A stretch of DNA of 64,000 nt from NCBI GenBank assembly GCA_965197645.1, contig OZ240219.1, positions 2,432,001-2,496,000 on the forward strand, in the 5' to 3' direction. A program made the translations under genes and the position numbers. Within the stretch, counting starts at the first letter, position 1; each line of letters begins with the position of its first letter. The notes beneath the pieces are model-generated. The model did not search any database. It had not been told where the DNA came from and worked only from the letters and a program-made list of their open reading frames with translations. This DNA comes from Dehalococcoidia bacterium (GTDB taxonomy: Bacteria; Chloroflexota; Dehalococcoidia; Plut-88900). Positions 19,190 through 27,482 of this stretch are shown in pieces.

Positions 19190-21547
19190 ATGGCTGATAC
19201 CACAACAAGCGTCGGCTCCCGGGTGCAACCCGTCGAGGACCGGAAGCTGATCTCCGGCGCAGGCGCATACATCGATGACATTCAGCTTCCCCGCATGGTG
19301 CACGCCGCCTTCCTCCGAAGTCCCCACGCCCACGCCCGCATAGTAAGCATCGATACCAGCAAGGCCGAAGAGCTCCCTGGAGTCCTGTTGGTCCGGACCG
19401 GGCGCGATCTCAAGCCCAGGCTCATGGCCCTAGAGGTTGGGGTGGGCATGGACGATGTCGAGACCATCGAAGTCACCCCGCTGGCCCTGGACAAGGTCCG
19501 CATGGTCGGTTCATCCGTCGCCATCGTAGTCGCCACGGACCGCTACATCGCCGAGGACGCCCTGGAGCTGATAGAAGTTGATTACGAGCCTCTCGAACCG
19601 GTCGTCGATCCCCAGGCCTCCGCCAGCGGCGAAGGTACCCCCCTCTACGACCACATGTCCAATAACATCGTCTCCATCAACCGGGACGAGGTTGGCGACA
19701 TGGCGGCGGCCATGGCCGCCGCCGACCGGGTCATCAGGGAGACCTACACCCAGCAGCGCTATACTCACGTCCCCATGGAGTGCCGCGGCATCATCGCTCA
19801 CTGGAACCCAGGCTCCCAGGAGATGGTCATCCGGGCCTCCATCCAGTTCGCCCATGCGGCCCGGTCCATGCTCGCCGAGATCCTGGGGCTCCCCGAGAAC
19901 AAGGTGCGGGTCATCGTTCCCGACGTGGGAGGGGCCTTCGGACAGAAGGGCGGCTTCTACCCAGAGGACATGGCCGTCTACCTGACGGCGCTGGAGTTGG
20001 GGGTGCCGGTCAAATGGATAGAGGACCGGCGGGAGAACCTGTCCGCATCCGCCCATGCTCGCCAGCACTCCATCGAGATGGAGATGCCCGTAAAGAACGA
20101 TGGCACGATCCTGGGCATGAAGGTCCGCATGGTGGACGACGTAGGCTGCGGACCTCTGTATCCAATCGTACCGAACAACTGGGTGTTTAACGCCCTCCAG
20201 CACCTGCCCAGCCATTACAGGGTGCCCGCCTACAGCTGGGAGGCCCTATGCGTGTTGACCAACAAGTCACCCGAAGGTCCCTACCGGGGCCCCGGCGCCG
20301 CCATAGCCTCCTGGACCATGGAGAGCACCCTGGACACCGTCGCTCGGGAGCTGGGCCTGGACCCCGCCGACGTGAGGCGCAAGAACATCGTCCGCAGCGA
20401 TGAGCTGCCCTACGATTCGGTGGGTCGCTTCACCCTTGCCAACGTCTCCTCCCTGGAGACCATGGAGAAAGCCCTGGAGCTCATCGACTACGAGGGTTTC
20501 CGCAAGGAGCAGGAACAGGCACGCAAAGAGGGCCGCAGGCTGGGAATAGGTATCGGCAGCTTCACCAACGGCAACGCGGCCAACGTGAACCCAGCCACCT
20601 TCGGGTTCAAGGGCGCCGGCAAGGAAACGGCCACCGCTCGTGTGCAATCCACGGGCTCGGTGCAGCTCTTCACCGCCCTATCACCCCATGGCCAGGGCTC
20701 GGCAACCACCATGGGACAGGTGCTGGCCGACGAGCTGGGCATTCCCTTCGATACTATCGAAGTCCTTCACGGGGACAGTGACATGCCCGCGGACGGCGCT
20801 GGCACGTGGGGCGACCGCAGCACCATCATGGGCGGCGGCGCCGTCATATCGGCTGGTCGGGGGCTGAAGAAGAAGCTGATCCATGCTGGCTCGCTCCTCC
20901 TGGAGGCCCAGGAAGAGGATCTGGACGTCCAGGATGGGTACGTGTTCTCCAAGAGCAACGCGAATGTGCGCATGTCGGTGGCCGACGTCGCCGAGGCCGT
21001 CTACTCCGGCGCCGACGAGCTAATCGGCAAGTTCGAGGGGGTCTTGGCCAGCACCAACCACTACGAGATTCCCGAGAAGAAGGTTGCGGCCAACGGTTGC
21101 CACGTCGCTATCGTTGAGGTCGATCCGAGCACCGGCACAATTGACATAAAGCGTTACGTTGGAGTGGAGGACGTGGGCCGGGTCATCAACCCCATCGTCG
21201 TAGAAGGTCAGATCAGGGGGTGCGTCGCCCAGGGGCTGGGCGGCGCCCTTTTCGAGCAGATCGTTTACGATGATTCAGGCCAGCTTCTCACCAACAGCTT
21301 CATGGACTACCTCCTACCCGAGGCCACGGACGTGCCCGATATCGAAGTCCACCTTTTCAACAACCCGACCCCCGACACCTTGGGCGGATTCAAGAACGCC
21401 GGAGAGGGAGGCATCCCCGGTTCCCTCTGCTCCGTAACCAACGCCATCGCCGATGCACTGGCGCCCCAGGAAGTCCGCATCAACCGGCTGCCCCTCAAAC
21501 CGGACCGCATCCTGGAGCTGTTGGGCAACGTGTCCCGGGCTTCCTAG
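19190..21547 (+). CDS. xanthine dehydrogenase family molybdopterin-binding large subunit (CoxL-like), paralog 2
   Basis: Same motifs as 15631..18012 (PDVGGAFGQK, GPYRGPG, GTWGDR, KNAGEGG). Confidence 0.92.
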   Translation: MADTTTSVGSRVQPVEDRKLISGAGAYIDDIQLPRMVHAAFLRSPHAHARIVSIDTSKAEELPGVLLVRTGRDLKPRLMALEVGVGMDDVETIEVTPLALDKVRMVGSSVAIVVATDRYIAEDALELIEVDYEPLEPVVDPQASASGEGTPLYDHMSNNIVSINRDEVGDMAAAMAAADRVIRETYTQQRYTHVPMECRGIIAHWNPGSQEMVIRASIQFAHAARSMLAEILGLPENKVRVIVPDVGGAFGQKGGFYPEDMAVYLTALELGVPVKWIEDRRENLSASAHARQHSIEMEMPVKNDGTILGMKVRMVDDVGCGPLYPIVPNNWVFNALQHLPSHYRVPAYSWEALCVLTNKSPEGPYRGPGAAIASWTMESTLDTVARELGLDPADVRRKNIVRSDELPYDSVGRFTLANVSSLETMEKALELIDYEGFRKEQEQARKEGRRLGIGIGSFTNGNAANVNPATFGFKGAGKETATARVQSTGSVQLFTALSPHGQGSATTMGQVLADELGIPFDTIEVLHGDSDMPADGAGTWGDRSTIMGGGAVISAGRGLKKKLIHAGSLLLEAQEEDLDVQDGYVFSKSNANVRMSVADVAEAVYSGADELIGKFEGVLASTNHYEIPEKKVAANGCHVAIVEVDPSTGTIDIKRYVGVEDVGRVINPIVVEGQIRGCVAQGLGGALFEQIVYDDSGQLLTNSFMDYLLPEATDVPDIEVHLFNNPTPDTLGGFKNAGEGGIPGSLCSVTNAIADALAPQEVRINRLPLKPDRILELLGNVSRAS

Positions 21548-21692
21548 CCGGACATGCTTCGCTCCATGATAGTTAAGACCGATCCTCGGGCGGGCAGTGC
21601 TCACTGTCTTACTGCTGTCGACTGCGTTGATCTACAGCCGCCCCGACAATTGTTGTATCATAGGCCGGCTCCGCCGCTGAGGAGCGTCCGCC

Positions 21693-22808
21693 AGCGGAAG
21701 AGTAACTACAGTAAGCTAGAGGAGAACCTATGAGCGCGCTGGATAAGTTCAACGCTCGCCTGGACGCAGGTGAAATCATCATTATGGATGGGGGCACCGG
21801 CACCGAGATACATCGCCGGGGCGCTTCCTTCGATCCGAAAACGTGGACCGGCTCGGCCATGTTGGACTATCCCGATCTAGTCAGAGAAATTCACGAAGAC
21901 TATCTCCGGGCCGGCGCCGATATCATCACTGCCAACAGCTTCAGCGCTAGCCCCACCTTTCTGAAACAGGGCGGCCTGGGCCACCGCATTGAAGAGATCA
22001 ACAAGTTGGCGGTGCAGGTTGCCAGAGAGGCGATCGTCAACGCCGCACCCGACAGGGAAGTGCTCCTGGTCGGCTCCATGGCCACTATAAATCCCATGGG
22101 GGATCCTCAGGACCCTGTCACTTACGAAGCGGCCCTCGAGGACTACCGGGAGCAGGCTGGATACCTGGCCGAGGCCGGTGCCGATGTCATCGCTGCCGAG
22201 ATGATCGTCCGCATCACAGATGCGAAAGCCGCCGTGACAGCGGCCACAGAGCTCGGCCTGCCCGCGTGGGTGGGTTTCTCCTCCGTGGTCCGCCCCGAGG
22301 ACGAGCAGATGCTGGGTTACCACGGTCGGGCTGGGGTTGACACCCTGAAAGAGGCGGTGGAGGCCGTCGAGCCCCTTGGCGTGTCGATGTTCCACACCAT
22401 GCACTCCCGGCCGGAGGATACCGCCCCAGCCTACATCGAGATCAAGGAGGTTACCAATCTGCCTGTTGGCGCCTACTCTCACACCATCAAGGACAGGACC
22501 GCAAACGAGGAATTCGATGAGGGATATACCGATCGGATCATCGAGCAGAACCCCACCACCGAAACCTTCCTAGGATTTGCCAGGGAGTGGGCCGCCCTCG
22601 GCGCACAGGTCATCGGTGGCTGCTGCGGCACCACGCCGGACTACATCAAAGCGCTGAAGGTGGGCCTGCTGCCTGGTAGCAGAAGAGTAACTACAGTAAG
22701 CTAGGGGAGAACCTATGAGCGCTCTGGATAAGTTCAACGCTCGCCTGGACGCAGGTGAAATCATCATTATGGATGGGGGAACCGGCACCGAGATACATCG
22801 CCGGGGCG
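21693..22808 (+). repeat. near-identical ~130-bp direct repeat (21693-21823 / 22678-22808)
   Basis: GAAGAGTAACTACAGTAAGCTAG(A/G)GGAGAACCTATGAGCGC...CGCCGGGGCG at both positions, 985 bp apart. Confidence 0.9.
21730..22704 (+). CDS. homocysteine S-methyltransferase family protein, copy 1 (altered C-terminus)
   Basis: MDGGTGTE, HEDYLRAGADII and IGGCCGTTP. Confidence 0.9.
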   Translation: MSALDKFNARLDAGEIIIMDGGTGTEIHRRGASFDPKTWTGSAMLDYPDLVREIHEDYLRAGADIITANSFSASPTFLKQGGLGHRIEEINKLAVQVAREAIVNAAPDREVLLVGSMATINPMGDPQDPVTYEAALEDYREQAGYLAEAGADVIAAEMIVRITDAKAAVTAATELGLPAWVGFSSVVRPEDEQMLGYHGRAGVDTLKEAVEAVEPLGVSMFHTMHSRPEDTAPAYIEIKEVTNLPVGAYSHTIKDRTANEEFDEGYTDRIIEQNPTTETFLGFAREWAALGAQVIGGCCGTTPDYIKALKVGLLPGSRRVTTVS

Positions 22809-23671
22809 TCACCGTCGACGCGAAGACCTGGTCCGGCTCGCCGATGTTGGAGCATCCGGGTCTGGTTAGAGAAATCCATGAAGACTATCTCAGAGCCGGC
22901 GCCGATATCATCATCGCCAACACCTTCAGTACCAGCCGTTCCATTCTGGAAGAGGGCGGTATGGGAGACCGCACCGAGGAAGCCAACAGGGCCGCTGTAC
23001 GGATTGCCAGAGAAGCCATTGAGAACGTCGCGCCCGATAGGGAAGTGCTATTGGTCGGCTCCATGGCTACCATCAATCCCCTGGGCGACCCCAATGTACC
23101 CGTCTCTTACGATGCGGCCCTCGATGAATACCGTGAACAGGCCGGGTACCTGGCCGATGCCGGTGTCGATGTCATCGCCGCCGAGATGATCATCAGGATC
23201 GTCGATGCAAAAGCCGCCGTGATCGGGGCCGCCGAGACCGGCCTGCCCGTGTGGATGGGTTTCTCCTCGATCGACCACGAAGGCACGCAGATGCTGGGTC
23301 TTCACAGCTGGCACCAAAACGAGAACCTGAAAGAAGCCGTGGAGACCGTCGAGCCCCTGGGGGTATCGATGTTCCACACCATGCACTCACTGCCTTCGGA
23401 CACCGCCCCGGCCCTTCGTGAGTTGAGAGAGACCACGAAGCTGCCCCTTGGCGCTTACGCCCACACCATCGGAGACGACGTCGCCGAAATGACCTTCGAT
23501 GAGGGATTTCCGGATATAGTCGACAACCAGAACCCTTCCAGCCTGGCCTACCTCCAGTTTGCCAGAAAATGGGCCGATCTGGGAGCACAGGTTATCGGTG
23601 GCTGCTGCGGCACCACCCCGGACCAGATCAAAGCTCTAAAGGAGGGCCTTCCGCAGAAGGTCCCCGCTTGA
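22715..23671 (+). CDS. homocysteine S-methyltransferase family protein, copy 2
   Basis: Same motifs as copy 1; ends ALKEGLPQKVPA. Confidence 0.9.
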   Translation: MSALDKFNARLDAGEIIIMDGGTGTEIHRRGVTVDAKTWSGSPMLEHPGLVREIHEDYLRAGADIIIANTFSTSRSILEEGGMGDRTEEANRAAVRIAREAIENVAPDREVLLVGSMATINPLGDPNVPVSYDAALDEYREQAGYLADAGVDVIAAEMIIRIVDAKAAVIGAAETGLPVWMGFSSIDHEGTQMLGLHSWHQNENLKEAVETVEPLGVSMFHTMHSLPSDTAPALRELRETTKLPLGAYAHTIGDDVAEMTFDEGFPDIVDNQNPSSLAYLQFARKWADLGAQVIGGCCGTTPDQIKALKEGLPQKVPA

Positions 23672-23686
23672 TACCGGAGACTCGCT

Positions 23687-23803
23687 ATGCCCCGACTCAC
23701 CATCCTCGGCTCCGGCGCTCCGACCCCTACCCCTGACCGATTCGGATCGTCCTTCGTCCTGCACCTGGGCGGCGAGCGAATCATGGTGGAAGTGTCGGTA
23801 TAA
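23687..23803 (+). pseudogene. truncated 5' duplicate (38 aa) of the MBL-fold hydrolase gene
   Basis: MPRLTILGSGAPTPTPDRFGSSFVLHLGGERIMVEVSV* versus MLRLTVLGSGAPTPTPDRFGSSFVLHLGDERIMVD at 24799; homology stops at about 23790. Confidence 0.9.
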
Positions 23804-23826
23804 CAACCTAGGCTAAAGGAGAAACG

Positions 23827-24783
23827 ATGAGTGCTCGGGATACTTTTTACGCTCGCCTGAACGCAGGCGAAATCATCATTATGGATGGGGGCACCGGCAC
23901 CGAGATACATCGCCGGGGCGTCACCGTTGACTCGAAAACCTGGTCCGGCTCTCCTATGCTGGAGTATCCGGATCTAGTTAGAGAAATCCACGAAGACTAT
24001 CTCCGGGCCGGCGCCGATATCATCATTGCCAACACCTTTAGCACCAGTCGTGCCGTTCTGGAAAAGGGCGGCCTGGGCGACCGCGTCGAAGAAGCCAACA
24101 AACTGGCGGTAGAGGTAGCCAGAGAGGCGATCGCAAACGCCGCACCCGATAGGGAAGTGCTCTTGGTGGGCTCCATGGCTACCGTCAATCCCCTGGGCGA
24201 TCCCAATATACCCGTCTCCTACGATGCGGCTCTCGATGACTACCGGGAGCAGGCCCGGTACCTGGCCGATGCCGGTGTCGATGTCATCGCCGCCGAGATG
24301 ATCATCAGGATCCTCGATGCAAGAGCTGCCGTGACGGCGGCCGCCGAGACGGGCCTGCCCGTTTGGGTGGGTTTCTCATCGGAGGACCGCGTGGGCAAGC
24401 AGATGCTGGGTCTTCACGGCTGGGCCGGTAACGAGAGCTTGAAAGAAGCAGTGAAGACCGTCGAGCCCATGGGGGTGTCGATGTTCTACACTATGCACTC
24501 GCTCCCGGAGAATACCGCCCCGGCCCTTCTCGAGCTGAAAGAGGTCACGAACCTGCCTCTGGGGGCTTACTCTCACACCGTCCGGGATGACGTCGCAAAG
24601 ACAGTATTAGAAGACGGAAGTCCAGAACGGGTCGTGGCGCAGAACCCTTCCAGCGAAGCTTTTCTCGGATTTGCCAGAGAGTGGGCCGGCCTCGGCGCGC
24701 GGGTCATCGGTGGCTGCTGCGGCACCACCCCGGACCACATCAGAGCGCTGAAGGAAGGCCTGCCGCAGAAAGTACCTGCTTGA
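23827..24783 (+). CDS. homocysteine S-methyltransferase family protein, copy 3
   Basis: Same motifs as copies 1 and 2; ends ALKEGLPQKVPA. Confidence 0.9.
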   Translation: MSARDTFYARLNAGEIIIMDGGTGTEIHRRGVTVDSKTWSGSPMLEYPDLVREIHEDYLRAGADIIIANTFSTSRAVLEKGGLGDRVEEANKLAVEVAREAIANAAPDREVLLVGSMATVNPLGDPNIPVSYDAALDDYREQARYLADAGVDVIAAEMIIRILDARAAVTAAAETGLPVWVGFSSEDRVGKQMLGLHGWAGNESLKEAVKTVEPMGVSMFYTMHSLPENTAPALLELKEVTNLPLGAYSHTVRDDVAKTVLEDGSPERVVAQNPSSEAFLGFAREWAGLGARVIGGCCGTTPDHIRALKEGLPQKVPA

Positions 24784-24798
24784 TACTGGAGACGCACT

Positions 24799-25638
24799 AT
24801 GCTCCGACTCACCGTCCTCGGCTCCGGCGCTCCGACCCCTACCCCTGACCGGTTCGGCTCATCCTTCGTCCTGCACCTGGGCGACGAGCGAATCATGGTG
24901 GACTGCGGGCCTGCTACTACCCACAAGTTGGTCAAAGCCGGCCTTTGGCCCACCGACATCGACTACCTGTTCTTCACCCACCATCACTTCGACCACGATA
25001 TCGATTACCCCTGTTTCCTTTTGACACGCTGGGACCAGGACATCGGGCAGGCGAACCGTCTCCAGGTCTTCGGGCCCTCTCCCACGGAGAAGCTGACCGA
25101 GGACCTCATCAGCGAGAACGGCGCCTTCGCCCACGATTGGAAGGCCCGCATAAACGCGCCCCTGAGCCACCTGGTCTACACCGCAAGGGGAGGGGCGTTG
25201 CCCCGGAAACCGCCCGACGTGGCAGTAAAAGACATAGGCCCGGGCGCCGTTTACTCGGGCGCGGACTGGAATGTCACCGCCGCTCCCGCCGAGCACGTAG
25301 AGCCGTGGCTAGACTCTCTCGCATACCGGTTTGACAGCTCCCAGGGCAGCATCGTCTTCACCGGCGATACTCAGCCCTGCGCTTCCGTGGTCGATCTGTC
25401 CCGGGACGCCGACGTCATGGTCTGCATGTGCATCGGTCTCCAGGAGATCATGGGCTGCAGCGGCCCCCAGGGCGCCGCCGAAATGGCCCGCCAGGCCGGG
25501 GTGAAGAAGTTGGTTCTGGTCCATATAGGCGAGGGGTTTTCCGGGCACGGGACCATGGAGGAGGGAATCGGGCTGGCAAAAACCGGCTTCGAAGGCCAGG
25601 TCTTCTTCACCAAGGAGCTGCAGACCCTGGACCTCTAG
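24799..25638 (+). CDS. MBL-fold metallo-hydrolase (RNase Z/AtsA-like)
   Basis: TVLGSG, VDCG, THHHFDH, FTGDT and KKLVLVH. Confidence 0.85.
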   Translation: MLRLTVLGSGAPTPTPDRFGSSFVLHLGDERIMVDCGPATTHKLVKAGLWPTDIDYLFFTHHHFDHDIDYPCFLLTRWDQDIGQANRLQVFGPSPTEKLTEDLISENGAFAHDWKARINAPLSHLVYTARGGALPRKPPDVAVKDIGPGAVYSGADWNVTAAPAEHVEPWLDSLAYRFDSSQGSIVFTGDTQPCASVVDLSRDADVMVCMCIGLQEIMGCSGPQGAAEMARQAGVKKLVLVHIGEGFSGHGTMEEGIGLAKTGFEGQVFFTKELQTLDL

Positions 25639-25676
25639 CTGCGGCCCCCGTTCCGTCGAAGGTCTATACTCCCGGA

Positions 25677-27371
25677 ATGAGGCGGCTTCAGGATACCCTC
25701 CGCCGTATCGATGGCCGGGGATACAAGGCCTACAAGGACCTGGAGGGTACCTACGCCTTTCCCGGCTTCACCCTCCACGTCGACCACGTTCAGGCCGACC
25801 CCTTCGCCGCACCCAGCCGCTTCCACGTGCGTGTACCCCAGGACGTGGCCCGATTCCCCGAAGCCACCTACTCCAACCGGTCCAGAAGCGTAGCTCTAAG
25901 AGACTATCTGGTCCGCTGCTTCCACCGTGTCCTGTCGCAGGTCTCCGCACGTCGAGGCTCAGGGGCCAGCGGTAGGATGTTCGTTGATCCGCCGGGCCAG
26001 GAGGTGTTGGAGCGCAGCGCCTGCCAGGTAGACGACCGGTTTACCGAAGCCCGTTTCTTCGTCGGTCTGCCTGCCGCCGGTCGCCGGGTCCTGGGCCGCG
26101 AGGCGGAAGGGATGCTGGTTAACGCCCTGCCTCGGGCCATCCAATCGGCGCTCCACTACTCCAATCTCAACGAAGAGCGCCTGTGGGGGCACATTCATAC
26201 GTGCGAGGACGCCGACGCCCTACGCAGCCAGCTCCCGGCCCTTGGCCTCGTAGCCTTTGTCGCTGACGGCGCCATTCTCCCGCGCAGAAGCGGAGTGGAC
26301 CAACGGCCCTTTGAGAGGGCGGTGCCATTCGAGTCGCCCGATTCCCTTCGACTAGAGGTGGGCCTGCCCAACCGGGGGAAGGTGACCGGGATGGGGATCA
26401 GGGAAGGGGTCACGCTGATCGTCGGTGGCGGATTCCACGGCAAATCTACCCTCCTCCACAGCCTCGAGCGAGGGGTATACAACCACCTACCCGGCGATGG
26501 CCGGGAGCTGGCCGTCACCAACCCGACGGCGGTCAAAGTCCGCGCCGAAGACGGCAGGAGCGTGTCCGGAGTGGACATCTCCCCCTTCATCGGTGGCCTT
26601 CCGGGAGGGATGGACACGGGTCGTTTCACCACCGCCAACGCCAGCGGGTCCACGTCCCAGGCCGCCGGCATCAGCGAGGCATTGGAAGCTGGCTCGAAGC
26701 TCCTTCTGGTGGACGAAGATACATCGGCCACCAACTTCATGATCCGGGACCGGCGCATGCAGGCCCTGGTGGAAAAACGCAACGAGCCGATAACCCCCTT
26801 TCTGGACCAGGTGCGAAACCTCCACACGGAGCACGGCGTGTCCTCGGTGCTGGTCATGGGCGGCTCTGGGGACTACTTCGACGTGACGGATACCGTCGTA
26901 TCCATGGTCGAGTACCTTCCCCACGAGGTAACCGAAGAGGCCAGGTCAATCGCCGCCCGGTTCAGTACAGGGCGGCTGCAGGAGTCCGCGGACACCTTCG
27001 GCGCTATACGAAACCGCATCCCGAAGCCCCAGAGCATCGATCCCAGCAAGGGCCGGCGAGACACCTACCTCCGGACCCGGGGCACCAGGTCCCTTCAGAT
27101 AGGGGACGACGAGATCGACCTGTCCCACGTCGAGCAGCTGGTGGACGACGGCCAGGTGAGAGCCATCGGGAACGCCATCGCCTACGCCCTGAGAAGCTAC
27201 ATAGATGGCAATACGTTCCTTGCGGACATCATCCGGCTCGTGGAGCGGGACGTCTATGAAAAGGGACTGGACGTACTGGCCGGCATACCTTATCCGGGGG
27301 ACATGGTCTACTTCAGACCTCAGGAGTTGTCCGCAGCCCTCAACCGGCTGCGGACCCTAAGAGTTGCTTGA
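25677..27371 (+). CDS. predicted ABC-class P-loop ATPase (ABC_ATPase-like family, function unknown)
   Basis: IDGRGYKAYKDL N-terminus, Walker A GGGFHGKST, ASGSTSQAA and Walker B LLLVDED; start at ATG 25677 rather than the ORF-track 25428. Confidence 0.85.
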   Translation: MRRLQDTLRRIDGRGYKAYKDLEGTYAFPGFTLHVDHVQADPFAAPSRFHVRVPQDVARFPEATYSNRSRSVALRDYLVRCFHRVLSQVSARRGSGASGRMFVDPPGQEVLERSACQVDDRFTEARFFVGLPAAGRRVLGREAEGMLVNALPRAIQSALHYSNLNEERLWGHIHTCEDADALRSQLPALGLVAFVADGAILPRRSGVDQRPFERAVPFESPDSLRLEVGLPNRGKVTGMGIREGVTLIVGGGFHGKSTLLHSLERGVYNHLPGDGRELAVTNPTAVKVRAEDGRSVSGVDISPFIGGLPGGMDTGRFTTANASGSTSQAAGISEALEAGSKLLLVDEDTSATNFMIRDRRMQALVEKRNEPITPFLDQVRNLHTEHGVSSVLVMGGSGDYFDVTDTVVSMVEYLPHEVTEEARSIAARFSTGRLQESADTFGAIRNRIPKPQSIDPSKGRRDTYLRTRGTRSLQIGDDEIDLSHVEQLVDDGQVRAIGNAIAYALRSYIDGNTFLADIIRLVERDVYEKGLDVLAGIPYPGDMVYFRPQELSAALNRLRTLRVA

Positions 27372-27445
27372 ACGGCCCTCGTCCCTTTGATAGAATTTAC
27401 GAGTTATTGACGCCCAAGGTTAGTCCGGGAACGAGTACGGTTGCC
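27362..27445 (+). promoter_or_regulatory. promoter, copy A of a diverged ~80-bp direct repeat
   Basis: TTGAAC-N17-TAGAAT; aligns with 28921-29005. Confidence 0.65.
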
Positions 27446-27482
27446 CAACCGGCGTTAACCGGATCGGTAGAGGAAAGTCTTT

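Noticed and set aside
15631-21547. Aerobic CO dehydrogenase (coxL)
   Set aside because: The active-site loop is PYRGPG, lacking the Cu-binding Cys of AYxCSFR, and there is no coxM or coxDEFG.
21548-21729. SAM or cobalamin riboswitch before the methyltransferase array
   Set aside because: No recognisable consensus; only a short CCGCTG/CAGCGG hairpin.
21693-24900. Diversity-generating retroelement or CRISPR explanation for the repeats
   Set aside because: No reverse transcriptase, no evident adenine-specific mismatch pattern and no short regularly spaced repeats; gene duplication explains them.
25428-25676. N-terminal extension of the ATPase
   Set aside because: It overlaps the MBL gene out of frame; family-like sequence starts at ATG 25677.
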